Part shown: piece by piece, positions 55,136 through 64,000 of the stretch
Position numbering within the stretch: position 1 is the first letter of the stretch
Layout of the letters: each line of letters begins with the position of its first letter
From: a virus
Virus record (IMG/VR): IMGVR_UViG_3300021197_001365
Coordinates: 1 to 64,000 of that record
Strand: one strand, 5' to 3'
Length of the DNA stretch: 64,000 nt
Translations under genes and position numbers: made by a program
The notes under the pieces: generated by a model
Database searches by the model: none
What the model was told of the DNA's origin: nothing
Seen by the model: the letters and a program-made list of their open reading frames with translations, nothing else

Positions 55136-55588
55136 TTAAGGCTCGTATACTCTTCGTAATTGTGAAGTAACAGTGGCCACTGTATCCGTAACATATGTTA
55201 AAGTATAGCTATCACAAGCTACTTTTATAGTTTCGTGAACATCTGTCGCATTTGCGCTTTCTACATCTTTTGTATTAGTAATTTCTAAGTTAAAATTCAA
55301 ACCTTTTTTAGAATCAAAAAATGCAGCAATTAAATTTGCTTCTTTATAATCTCTATTCTTAAAAGTTAATCCAAAATTCTCTTGTTTACTGTTGATTCCG
55401 TCAATAGCCCTCTGTTCATACCCATCACCAAACTTTGCTGTAAGAAGAGAAAAGCTAGTTTGTCGGGATAATCCTCTATCTCCAGTTATAATATAAGTAT
55501 CGTTAGTACCACGAGCGGGAGTAGCAGCACCCAAAAGAGTATCTAAGTCTGTATGGGCTATCGTGAATTGATATTTTGTGGTTGACAT
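55136..55588 (-). CDS. Distal tail protein (lambda gpM-like)
   Basis: AKFGDGYEQRAIDGIN..RRVYEP. Confidence 0.9.
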   Translation of the reverse strand: MSTTKYQFTIAHTDLDTLLGAATPARGTNDTYIITGDRGLSRQTSFSLLTAKFGDGYEQRAIDGINSKQENFGLTFKNRDYKEANLIAAFFDSKKGLNFNLEITNTKDVESANATDVHETIKVACDSYTLTYVTDTVATVTSQLRRVYEP

Positions 55589-58500
55589 TATGCTACCCCA
55601 TAAGGACTAAGAATCCCACCAGAGCGTTTCTGATTTTGAAGTTCTTTTTGTACTGCTATAGCTATAGCATTTCCTAAGTTTGTACCCTGCTGGGAGTCTC
55701 CAGAAGTATTTTTACTACCTCCTCCACCTCCTTCTGCCATAGTTACATTTACAGTTACATTATTTGTTCCGCCTGCATTTCCTTGCAAGTCTACAGGTAT
55801 TGAACGATTATTTGGAAGTGGGACTACTGCTTCTGTTCCGTGTAGAATTGCAGGATAACCTCCATCCGGGCCTTTTGCAACTCCTCCAACACCATAGCCT
55901 CTGGGATCTTTCATTACTCCGCCATATCGAGCTTCTTCTTGAACCCCTCCATAACGACTTTTGGGTATGCCAAGAAAGTTTCCAAAACCTGAGCCTCCAA
56001 GTGCTGCTGTAAGAAGTTTTGCAACAAGAAGTTCCGTAATAATTTTAGCAATCATACTTAGTATGCTTTTTGCCATACTTGCAAAAGCTTGTTTTGCTGT
56101 CATTGTGCCTTCAACTAAGCTCTGAAAAGCTGATTGAAAACTGCTTTGAAGAGTATTTCCAATTCTTAAACCTGCAGATTCAAAATCACTTGCATTTCTT
56201 TGTGCATTTTCAACTAAAGTATTTTGATTTGCTATTTGCTGTTCTACCGTATCTCTTTCGGCTTCTTTATCGGAACGAGGTATGCCTGTTAGAGCCCCCT
56301 CTCCTGTTATATCTAAAGCATTATTTATTGATTTTAATTGATTTTGTAGCTGTAGTAATTCATTCTGTGCCTGTAGAACTGCAATATCTTTTAATCTTTC
56401 TTCTCTAAATCTGCCACTCAATGCTTCTGCTTCGGCTCTTTGTCCTTGTAATTCAAGGGCCTGTAAAGCTAATTTATCTGCTGTTTCTCGTAGTGTAGTA
56501 AATTCTTCTCTAATAGCTTTTAATCTTCCGCCTAAAGTGTCTGCTAGTATTTCTCCTGCTTCAGAACTTTCATTAAGATTTTCTGCAAGCTCGTTTGCCT
56601 TAGATGCCGCAAGCTCTATTTCCACTAATCCTCTTTCTATTGCTTTTGAATCCCCTGTGAAAAGTCCCGGCAAATCTCCTACTTTTGACTTTAGTTCAGT
56701 TATTGTTCCAATATAAGTAGAAGCAAATAGCTCTATTTTTTCAACTGCTTCAGTGCTGCCCGCCATTGCAGCATCGAACATCTCTTTACTTATATCATTT
56801 AGCCCTGCTTTTTGAATTTGCTCTCTAAAAGTCTCCACTGCTGCTCGTCCTGCCTCAGGATCAAGAAAAGATAAAGCATCTGCTTTTCGCATCGCACTGC
56901 CTATACCTAAGGTGGCCATTCCTTGTACTCGAGCACGTGAACGTTCTTGACCAGATTTATTGAAAGCGGACTTACCTGCGGCAGCTTCTGCGCTTAAATT
57001 AATTGCATCTCCCAACTCCCCATATTGGGCTATAAGATCATCTAAAGCTTCCTGTCTTCTAGATATTCTTGCTTGCTCATTTTCAAAAGTCTGTAGCTTA
57101 TCCATTACTCCAGGAAATGTTTCATTTATAAGAGTAGTAAACTTCTCATCAAAATTGTCGGCAAAGGTTAAAGGCTGAATCACAACTTCCCCCTCTTCAA
57201 GACCTAACATTTTTTTAAGTCTATCTGGAAGTTTATTAACCAAACCATTTATTAACTCCACAACTAAATTTGCAAAAAATTGAATACCCTTTGCCATGGT
57301 ACCAATCATTCCAATGATTCCGCGAGCAAGAGTGGCAGGAGCATTAAAAAGAGCTTCAAAGGCTTGTACTATACTAGAAATAATTCCAAGAATAACTGTT
57401 ACCTTCATGGCGGCATTTATAGCTTTACCTGCAAGTTTTGCAGTTGCTGCAACGCCTTTCCAAGCAGCTTTAAGACTAATCACTGCAGGCGTCGAGAATG
57501 CTCGTATAAAGAGTCCAGTTTTTTTAGAAAGATTTTTTACTCTTTGACCAAATTTTAAGTGCTCTCTTTCCATATCATCAAGAGCACCTTTTAAGTGGCG
57601 AAGTCTTTTTATATCTTCACCTTCAAAAATACCGCTTACAATTTCGCCGTGTCTTTGATATTCTTTCTCTGCTCTTTTTAGAGCTTTCTTAAGAATAGTA
57701 ATATCTCTTTTATTAGCTGTGCCTTCAGCGACCTTTTGCACAGTTTTACTGCGAGTGCCGTCTGCTACCATTTGCCCTGCGACACCTTTTGCTTTTTTAC
57801 CCGCTTTTCTTTGTAGCTCTTCTACACTAATTACACTTCTATCTACACTATCTTGAAACGCTTTATAATCATCTATAGCATCTGTAATTGCTTTTTTACT
57901 CTCTCTTCCAAATTCTGCTACGGCAGCTCCCATATTTTTAAAGCCACCTACTGCTCCGGCTAAAGGATTTAAAGATACAAAAAAGCTCTTCATGAAGCCT
58001 GTCAAAGAACTCATGCCTGGAATAGTTTTAACAATAGATAATATTAGTAATCCAAAAAATAAAGCTGCAGCTTTAGCATTTTTATTTAATATATCTGCAA
58101 CAAACTCAAAGGCTGGAAGAACCCCTTTTGTTATATCTCTTGTAATATCTGAAAAGGTTTTAGATAGCTCTATAAAAGCATTTTTATCAGGATCTACATT
58201 TCCAAATTGTTGATCTATCTGTCTTTGTACTTCTAAAAGCACTGCTTGACTTCTTTCTGTGTCTGTTAATGCTTTTACATTTTTACCTAAAGCAGCAGAA
58301 TATCTATTAGTAGCATTTTCAAGACGAAGCGTAATACCTAATTCATCCAAAAGTTCTGGTTCCGCTTTTGATACGCCACGAACTAAACGATCGAACGCAT
58401 CTTCAAAGTCTCGTCCTAAAGCTGTGGATGCTTTTCGTGCACCTTCTGCTAATTGTTCCATTTGTGAGGCAGAAAAGCCTTTTGCAACACCAATTGCAGT

Positions 58501-58917
58501 TGCTTGGGCAGCTTCTTTAAAGCCCAGCATACCTCCAGAAGCCTCTCTAAGTCTGGAAGTCATTGCTCCGAGAGCTGTACCTGTACGCTCTGCAAAAGAA
58601 ACTTGTTGTTCTTCTAAGTTTCTTACATCTGCTGCTCGTTTAAAGAAATCGAAAGCGGCAGTAATAGCAAATACTTGTGCAGCAAGAGTTGCATAGGCAG
58701 GAACAAGACCTCCTGTAATACCTTGCGCCATTTTAGTAAAGTTTTTAGTGCCATTTGCAGAAGTTTGTGCAGCACCTTTAAGATTGCGATCTGCAGTGCG
58801 CGCAGATTTGCCCGTTCGCTCTAATGATAGACCGAGCTTATCGGCATCCACCGCAAGTCTTTTTGTAGTTCCTTTATCATCAACAACTACATCAATAAAA
58901 ACTTTATTTTTTGCCAT
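55588..58917 (-). CDS. Tape measure protein
   Basis: 1109-aa helical Ala-rich protein; T5-like N-terminus (GLVPAYATLAA, EPELLDELGI); position. Confidence 0.93.
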   Translation of the reverse strand: MAKNKVFIDVVVDDKGTTKRLAVDADKLGLSLERTGKSARTADRNLKGAAQTSANGTKNFTKMAQGITGGLVPAYATLAAQVFAITAAFDFFKRAADVRNLEEQQVSFAERTGTALGAMTSRLREASGGMLGFKEAAQATAIGVAKGFSASQMEQLAEGARKASTALGRDFEDAFDRLVRGVSKAEPELLDELGITLRLENATNRYSAALGKNVKALTDTERSQAVLLEVQRQIDQQFGNVDPDKNAFIELSKTFSDITRDITKGVLPAFEFVADILNKNAKAAALFFGLLILSIVKTIPGMSSLTGFMKSFFVSLNPLAGAVGGFKNMGAAVAEFGRESKKAITDAIDDYKAFQDSVDRSVISVEELQRKAGKKAKGVAGQMVADGTRSKTVQKVAEGTANKRDITILKKALKRAEKEYQRHGEIVSGIFEGEDIKRLRHLKGALDDMEREHLKFGQRVKNLSKKTGLFIRAFSTPAVISLKAAWKGVAATAKLAGKAINAAMKVTVILGIISSIVQAFEALFNAPATLARGIIGMIGTMAKGIQFFANLVVELINGLVNKLPDRLKKMLGLEEGEVVIQPLTFADNFDEKFTTLINETFPGVMDKLQTFENEQARISRRQEALDDLIAQYGELGDAINLSAEAAAGKSAFNKSGQERSRARVQGMATLGIGSAMRKADALSFLDPEAGRAAVETFREQIQKAGLNDISKEMFDAAMAGSTEAVEKIELFASTYIGTITELKSKVGDLPGLFTGDSKAIERGLVEIELAASKANELAENLNESSEAGEILADTLGGRLKAIREEFTTLRETADKLALQALELQGQRAEAEALSGRFREERLKDIAVLQAQNELLQLQNQLKSINNALDITGEGALTGIPRSDKEAERDTVEQQIANQNTLVENAQRNASDFESAGLRIGNTLQSSFQSAFQSLVEGTMTAKQAFASMAKSILSMIAKIITELLVAKLLTAALGGSGFGNFLGIPKSRYGGVQEEARYGGVMKDPRGYGVGGVAKGPDGGYPAILHGTEAVVPLPNNRSIPVDLQGNAGGTNNVTVNVTMAEGGGGGSKNTSGDSQQGTNLGNAIAIAVQKELQNQKRSGGILSPYGVA

Positions 58918-59357
58918 TAGCGCCGCACATTATGGGTATAGGTTTTACTACCCCCTGCAGATTTTGCTTTTCGCTCCTCTGCTTTCTGTTTATTCTCTGA
59001 TTCTTTCATTTTATATTCTATCAGGTATCGTTCATATACTTTTGCAAAATATAAAATAATTTTTGGTTCTGTGGGATAGTCATAAACTCTTACTATCGTA
59101 TCAAAATCTGACCAATTCTTACCAAGATAAGTTCCCGACATACCTTCCCATCTATCAGACAGGAAACTAAATATAAAAAATGCCACTTGAACTTCTTCTG
59201 GAAATGCAGAAGGCTCGAGCGGCATTTTGGTGGGATCAGGTACTTGCCCTAGTTGTTCGCACATCAATAAATATTTTTCAATATCTAATTGATGACGCTC
59301 TGTTACATATCGTTCAAGTAGCTTTTCGATTTCTGCTACTTGTTGCTCGTAAAATTT
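58917..59357 (-). CDS. Tail assembly chaperone C-terminal (gpT-like) frame reached by -1 frameshift
   Basis: The -1 frame is open from the slippery AAATTTT (59351-59357) through to 58917. Confidence 0.8.
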   Translation of the reverse strand, partial: KFYEQQVAEIEKLLERYVTERHQLDIEKYLLMCEQLGQVPDPTKMPLEPSAFPEEVQVAFFIFSFLSDRWEGMSGTYLGKNWSDFDTIVRVYDYPTEPKIILYFAKVYERYLIEYKMKESENKQKAEERKAKSAGGSKTYTHNVRR

Positions 59358-59761
59358 TCAAGGTCACCTACTGTCTCCGTTAGCCAACTGTCAAAGTCGG
59401 AGGCATTTTTCATGAGAAGTTCGGCGTTTTCTTGAGTATAGGGAAGTTCATCATCTGGATCAAGTTCTGAAATATCCACCAAAAGAAGCTCTTCCAGGTA
59501 TCGATATTTAAGACCTTTCCATCCTTTGATTACTGCTTTACAATACTCTACTAAAAACTTATCTTCATCTAAGTGTTCTTCCGGTTGTCGAGTTTTTCTA
59601 TCAAACTTTGTGCTAACGCATTTTTTTCGTAGCTTGAGTAGTTCTTCTCGTGCAAGATAGCATAAATCTACGCTCATTCCGGCACATCCGGGAAAATCAA
59701 TTGCAACTGTCTTACTTGGAGTCATAAGACTCGCGAGAGAAACAGGAGTTTTATCAGTCAT
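59336..59761 (-). CDS. Tail assembly chaperone (gpG-like)
   Basis: Between tail tube and TMP; IKGWKGL..ENAELLM; promoter at 59802-59830. Confidence 0.88.
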   Translation of the reverse strand: MTDKTPVSLASLMTPSKTVAIDFPGCAGMSVDLCYLAREELLKLRKKCVSTKFDRKTRQPEEHLDEDKFLVEYCKAVIKGWKGLKYRYLEELLLVDISELDPDDELPYTQENAELLMKNASDFDSWLTETVGDLENFTSNK

Positions 59762-59854
59762 GTTTTGTTCCTTAAAAAGTTATTGGGTATTTATAACACA
59801 TATTATAGCGAAGGTAAGCTGATATGTCAAGAATTATTTTTATGACCTGAAAAG

Positions 59855-59878
59855 AAAAAACCCGCCGAAGCGGGTTTT
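59855..59878 (-). terminator. Terminator after the major tail gene
   Basis: AAAACCCGC-TTCG-GCGGGTTTTTT. Confidence 0.9.
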
Positions 59879-59897
59879 AGTAGAAATGTTGATGTTA

Positions 59898-61511
59898 TTA
59901 TGCGCTAACTCCAAATACCTCGATTTGAAACTCATCAGCAGTATCAAAGTCTTCGGTATACGCACCGAAGTTTGTTTCTAATGAAATAACATCTTCAATA
60001 CTATGACTCGGCACATCGATGTGTACTTTCGGAAAGTTAAAGTGAACGCGAGGTTCTGTAGAGCCCGTACCCCCAACCTTAAATGTAACATCAAAGTCGT
60101 TTACAACTTTTGTAAGACCTTTAGTTGGGTCTACAAGATCTGCAAAGAAGTCTGCTGAAGCACCTGTATTTCCTGTAGCGTCATCAAATACAAGATAGCA
60201 AGTAAAGCTTCCACCAATTGCACGTGCTCCAGTTACGCCTTCGATTGGCTTGTTAATAGTACCAATTTCTTCTGGAACCAAGTAGGTAACATTATTTCCA
60301 ATAGTAATGTTTCCACCTGTTAGAGTAAAGTTATAAATGCCAGTATCAACTACTCCAGAATTTCCTGTATGAGTACCTGTGCCGGCGAGTGCACTGCCTC
60401 CATCAGTAGCTGAAACTGTAAAAGTCGTGGTACTAGGCACAGTTTTTACAAAAAGTGTAGTATTCCAACTACTAGCATTTGTAAGTCCTGCAACGCTAGA
60501 TAGTTTAATTGTATCTCCTACTTTTAGACCATGAGCAGTTGTTCCTGTTGTTACAACTCCTGGACTAGCAGTAGTAATCGCACTAATAGATACTCTTTTT
60601 CCTTCCATTACATCGGGATTTTGACCTCTAACTTCAAGTTGAGTCAAACGATTACGAATAAAGTTATTCGTGGAAGTTACACCTGTTGTAATCGCAGTTC
60701 TAAACTCGTCATGAACCGCAGGGCTCGCATTACTTGCATCAATAGGAACAGATAGTCTAAAGTCATTTCCACTATCTAAGAACAGCAGATTCTGAGCTAT
60801 TGAAGGAGCTGAAGTGCCTACATTTACTTTTCCTGCTGTTTGCATATCTGTTACTTCTTTTGCGAAACCAGACCAGTTAGCAGTAGCAATTCCATCAATA
60901 TCAAAATCAATAGAGCACTCATTTACAATCGAATTTGTAAGTTTATATACCATTGGATTCGTTGTGTCTGTTTCAAATACAAAGTATAAAGTCATTTTTG
61001 GTAGAGTTGCACGATTTGAGTTTTTAAAGTCTAAAAGACCTCCTACTGCGGTACTATCCGAAGGAAGAGTTGCGCCCTCTTCATCATGAACTACACCACT
61101 TACTGTACCTACTCCAGCTACTGGATTCGTACTACGAGTATAGTTTCCGGTTAACGCAGGCCCTGTTGCTGTAACTCCGGTTCCAGCAAAGTTATCTGCA
61201 CCTGCCATTGCTGCCCAAAGAACTTGGTCAACAAGATGCATTTTATTTGACCCATGATTAGTAGGCCTCATATAAGTGCTAAAAGACCATTCCGCAGGAG
61301 ACAGAGAGTCAGTAAAAAGACGACGACCCCTTCTACTAGTACCTGCGGTACTTTCCATTTCATTTAGTCCAATCTCAGTTTGATTTGTAGCCTGAGAAAA
61401 GCTGAAGCCATCCAATACAGGAATTTCCCACAGTCCTTGGAAAGAACCATTGATTCCCGTAAGCTCGACATAAAGTTTCGAGTCGCGGCTAAAATAAAGT
61501 TTATCTGCCAT
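59898..61511 (-). CDS. Major tail tube protein (T5 pb6-like)
   Basis: EIPVLDGFSFSQ, PAEWSFSTYMRP, IDFDIDGIA, ITIGNNVTYL. Confidence 0.9.
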   Translation of the reverse strand: MADKLYFSRDSKLYVELTGINGSFQGLWEIPVLDGFSFSQATNQTEIGLNEMESTAGTSRRGRRLFTDSLSPAEWSFSTYMRPTNHGSNKMHLVDQVLWAAMAGADNFAGTGVTATGPALTGNYTRSTNPVAGVGTVSGVVHDEEGATLPSDSTAVGGLLDFKNSNRATLPKMTLYFVFETDTTNPMVYKLTNSIVNECSIDFDIDGIATANWSGFAKEVTDMQTAGKVNVGTSAPSIAQNLLFLDSGNDFRLSVPIDASNASPAVHDEFRTAITTGVTSTNNFIRNRLTQLEVRGQNPDVMEGKRVSISAITTASPGVVTTGTTAHGLKVGDTIKLSSVAGLTNASSWNTTLFVKTVPSTTTFTVSATDGGSALAGTGTHTGNSGVVDTGIYNFTLTGGNITIGNNVTYLVPEEIGTINKPIEGVTGARAIGGSFTCYLVFDDATGNTGASADFFADLVDPTKGLTKVVNDFDVTFKVGGTGSTEPRVHFNFPKVHIDVPSHSIEDVISLETNFGAYTEDFDTADEFQIEVFGVSA

Positions 61512-61571
61512 AGATTATCTCCTATGTCTTGAAAAGGCATGGACGTGAACGTTTGTTCGTGCCAGCATTTT

Positions 61572-62033
61572 CTAGTATCGAACCTCTACAAGTATTTCGC
61601 CTACTCCCAGAGGATCTAACACACCTTCATCAGTATCTATACTGAGAACTGTGATTTGTTGAGTAAACTGCTCTAGTCCCATACGATCATAGTAGCGCAG
61701 TCTACTATTTTCTTCAATAACTGTCTCTACATCTTCTAAAAGTTCGTCAAGAGCATCTGTAGAGTCTTCTTGATTTACATAACATCGAATAGTTACATTT
61801 AAAAAGCGGTCTTTATATGCTCCGCCTTGGTATTCTCTACTTTCAGAGCCTGCATTTAAATGAATTGCAGGAAACTCTTCTACTTCATCCCAAAACTTAA
61901 GGCGAGGACTAACTTCAGCAACTGCTGTATGATAAATACCTCTTCCATCTATAAGAGCAAGTTTATCCGCAAGTCCTTTTGTTATAGCAGACCTACGGCT
62001 TGTATACTGTCTGTGTGCCGGTTTTTCTGCCAC
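61572..62033 (-). CDS. Tail terminator (T5 p142-like)
   Basis: RSAI..FWDEVEEFP..IDTDEGVLDPLGVGE. Confidence 0.85.
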   Translation of the reverse strand: MAEKPAHRQYTSRRSAITKGLADKLALIDGRGIYHTAVAEVSPRLKFWDEVEEFPAIHLNAGSESREYQGGAYKDRFLNVTIRCYVNQEDSTDALDELLEDVETVIEENSRLRYYDRMGLEQFTQQITVLSIDTDEGVLDPLGVGEILVEVRY

Positions 62034-63451
62034 TATACTCTCCTAGTATAAAATCTGCCCAATGCTAGTTCTGCTGCTATTTCTCGAATAGAAGAATCAA
62101 TCAATACGCGAGGATCTCTATCTGAGTTTGCCCAAGGACTTCTTCCTTTTCCTGGCTCATACACTTGGTATGGATTTTTCTGATAAGTATAGCCAAAACT
62201 TGGAAATCCTTGAGGAGTTGTTAAAACCTCTGTTAATTTTACACTATTTGCAAATGTTCCTGTTCTATTTTCTAGTCTAGGATTCCTCATGTTCTTTCTA
62301 ACCGTTTGTGGCAACTTTTGATTTATTAGGGCCATCATAGAAAACATACTTCGTTGTGTATCTGATTGCTTATTAGAGGTTGAACGTGCTTTTGGTCGAG
62401 CAGCTAGTGCTCCACCTCTAGAAATCTTTTTAGCTGAGTATCCTTTCCCTCTTTTTCCTTTCTCTGTAACTTTTGTTCTGGTCTTTGTTTTTACTTTTTT
62501 TGAACCTAACTTTACTTTTACGTTTTTTCCTTTCTTAAGATTTTTTACTAAATGATCATGAACAATTGTTTTTTCAATCTTCTCAAAAAGAGTGCTAGAA
62601 CCTTCTAAGTTTTCATACTCTATATTTCTGAAAGTCATCTCAAAAGCGTTTAGAAAAGCTTCTTGAATTTGTTTCTCTTCTGTTGAGCCTCTTTTTATAT
62701 TAACCTCTGCTAATACAGGTGTTAAAAGCATTGATAGTCCAGCTTTTAAATCTCCACCCTTTGAAATAATTTGCTCTGCATCAATAACTAACTTCATCAC
62801 AATGCCGTGCATTTTTCCTTTTTGTCCTTTTGTAAGATCATTTAAAGAGCGATCAAGAACTGCTGTTAAGTTACTTGCAAAAGTCTTTCGAAAACCTTTT
62901 GGTAATTCTCCTTGTTCTGCTGCTACCTCAAAAGACCCGACTACAGAACCTACAAGACCAGAAGCAGTACCATCGGCTCCATGGTCTAAATTTACAGTTT
63001 GACCAAACTCTTTTCTACTATAACTATTTTGGCTTATTTTTTCTGCGTACCCTTCATTAAAATCATTTATATTATCTCGTATAGTTTCAAATGATTTTGC
63101 TACATAAAAGATATTTTTACCAAAAGTTAATCCCTGCTTTTTTACAATTTGCATAAAAAATCGAGTTTGAGGATTTTTATCCTTTGGAAAAGGTTTATGC
63201 TGTCCTCTAATATACTTTTTAAATGCTGCTCTGTACTTTGTACCTTCTTCCTTAGTTAAAGGTCTACCAATTGCTGCTTCATACCCAATTTGTATTGCCC
63301 TTGTTTCTCTATTTTTTATAACTAAGCATTGTCTTACATCAGCAGATTGAAGTAAAATACGAGCAGCATCCCCAACTGTTTTTTCACTTTTACGATTATA
63401 GTTTTCAATCAGCTTTGCAGCAATTTGCTTTCTAAATACTGATTTACTCAT
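62033..63451 (-). CDS. Tail completion/neck protein (T5 p143-like, N-terminally extended)
   Basis: C-terminal LENRTGTFANSV..YTYQKNPYQVYE..RDPRVLI; synteny. Confidence 0.75.
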   Translation of the reverse strand: MSKSVFRKQIAAKLIENYNRKSEKTVGDAARILLQSADVRQCLVIKNRETRAIQIGYEAAIGRPLTKEEGTKYRAAFKKYIRGQHKPFPKDKNPQTRFFMQIVKKQGLTFGKNIFYVAKSFETIRDNINDFNEGYAEKISQNSYSRKEFGQTVNLDHGADGTASGLVGSVVGSFEVAAEQGELPKGFRKTFASNLTAVLDRSLNDLTKGQKGKMHGIVMKLVIDAEQIISKGGDLKAGLSMLLTPVLAEVNIKRGSTEEKQIQEAFLNAFEMTFRNIEYENLEGSSTLFEKIEKTIVHDHLVKNLKKGKNVKVKLGSKKVKTKTRTKVTEKGKRGKGYSAKKISRGGALAARPKARSTSNKQSDTQRSMFSMMALINQKLPQTVRKNMRNPRLENRTGTFANSVKLTEVLTTPQGFPSFGYTYQKNPYQVYEPGKGRSPWANSDRDPRVLIDSSIREIAAELALGRFYTRRV

Positions 63452-64000
63452 TAAAAATTCTTATATAAATCAAGTACGCGTTTTATGTGATCTGGAAATG
63501 CCACATTATTACGCTGACTTGAGCTTGCTTGATTCTGAATACTAGCGCCTGCAATTGAGCGTCGCTCTTTGTGTTCATCTTTCAAGTAGTATGTAATCAA
63601 ATCAAAAACTGCAAGTTGTAAATCTGCGGGTAAAACAGCGTATCCTGCTTTATATATTACACGAACAGATGCGGGGCCACGAGCCCAATTCTTATACCCC
63701 TGTCCTGTTGTTCGATACAAACAATCTGTAGTCTCATCAAGATAATATTCATGAGCTCCTGTAGTAAGAGTACTATAAGTTTGACTATAGTTATTTCTTT
63801 CTTCTACGGAAACTATACTAACAATAGGACTTTCTGTCAATTGTATGAGATATGTATCCCAGTTCACAGTGACAGTTTCAGTTTTATTTGTTGAGTAGAA
63901 ATCTACAAAACTATTTGCACAATAAGTTTTTACGAGTTGACTCACGGAGGGAATGATAAAGTTTAGACGGCTATCATCTTTAGGGCTGCTGATGCCCTCT
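63451..64000 (-). CDS. Head-tail adaptor/head completion protein (5' end outside the window)
   Basis: VSQLVKTYC..YKAGY..PADLQLA..FPDHIKRVLDLY; the frame stays open to the window edge. Confidence 0.8.
   Translation of the reverse strand, partial: EGISSPKDDSRLNFIIPSVSQLVKTYCANSFVDFYSTNKTETVTVNWDTYLIQLTESPIVSIVSVEERNNYSQTYSTLTTGAHEYYLDETTDCLYRTTGQGYKNWARGPASVRVIYKAGYAVLPADLQLAVFDLITYYLKDEHKERRSIAGASIQNQASSSQRNNVAFPDHIKRVLDLYKNF

Noticed and set aside
1-64000. Prophage or host-chromosome junction
   Set aside because: No integrase, repressor or att site was seen; host-like genes (TBDR, iscU, rpsU, hsp20) are isolated and embedded among phage-style promoters and terminators.

Overview
A ~64 kb segment of a lytic T5-like (Demerecviridae-type) siphophage, probably infecting a marine gammaproteobacterium (host is inference). 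From left to right: (1) a phage-borne TonB-dependent receptor with an unusual periplasmic ParB/Srx-like N-terminal domain, driven by a Pho-box promoter; (2) a short, GC-richer pre-early block (A2-like protein, dmp-like phosphatase, T5orf172-like protein, tiny membrane peptides, an acidic mini-protein) flanked by Fur-box-like palindromes and followed by a parS-like site, an IHF site, repeats and three ORF-less leftward promoters (candidate injection-stop region); (3) early accessory genes (more A2-like paralogs, a ~500-nt highly structured ncRNA candidate, a second structured non-coding locus, MazG-like protein, bS21, Hsp20, IscU, endolysin, HNH, DenV-like protein); (4) the T5-type replication cluster (D2, D3, split NAD ligase, D5, helicase, primase, PolA, D10-D15) plus nrdAB; (5) minus-strand late genes (tail fibres, lambda-type J/I/K/L/M tail tip, tape measure, frameshifting chaperones, T5-like tail tube, terminator, neck). 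I saw no tRNA, CRISPR array or integrase. All family assignments come from motif recognition and recalled sequence resemblance; no searches were run.
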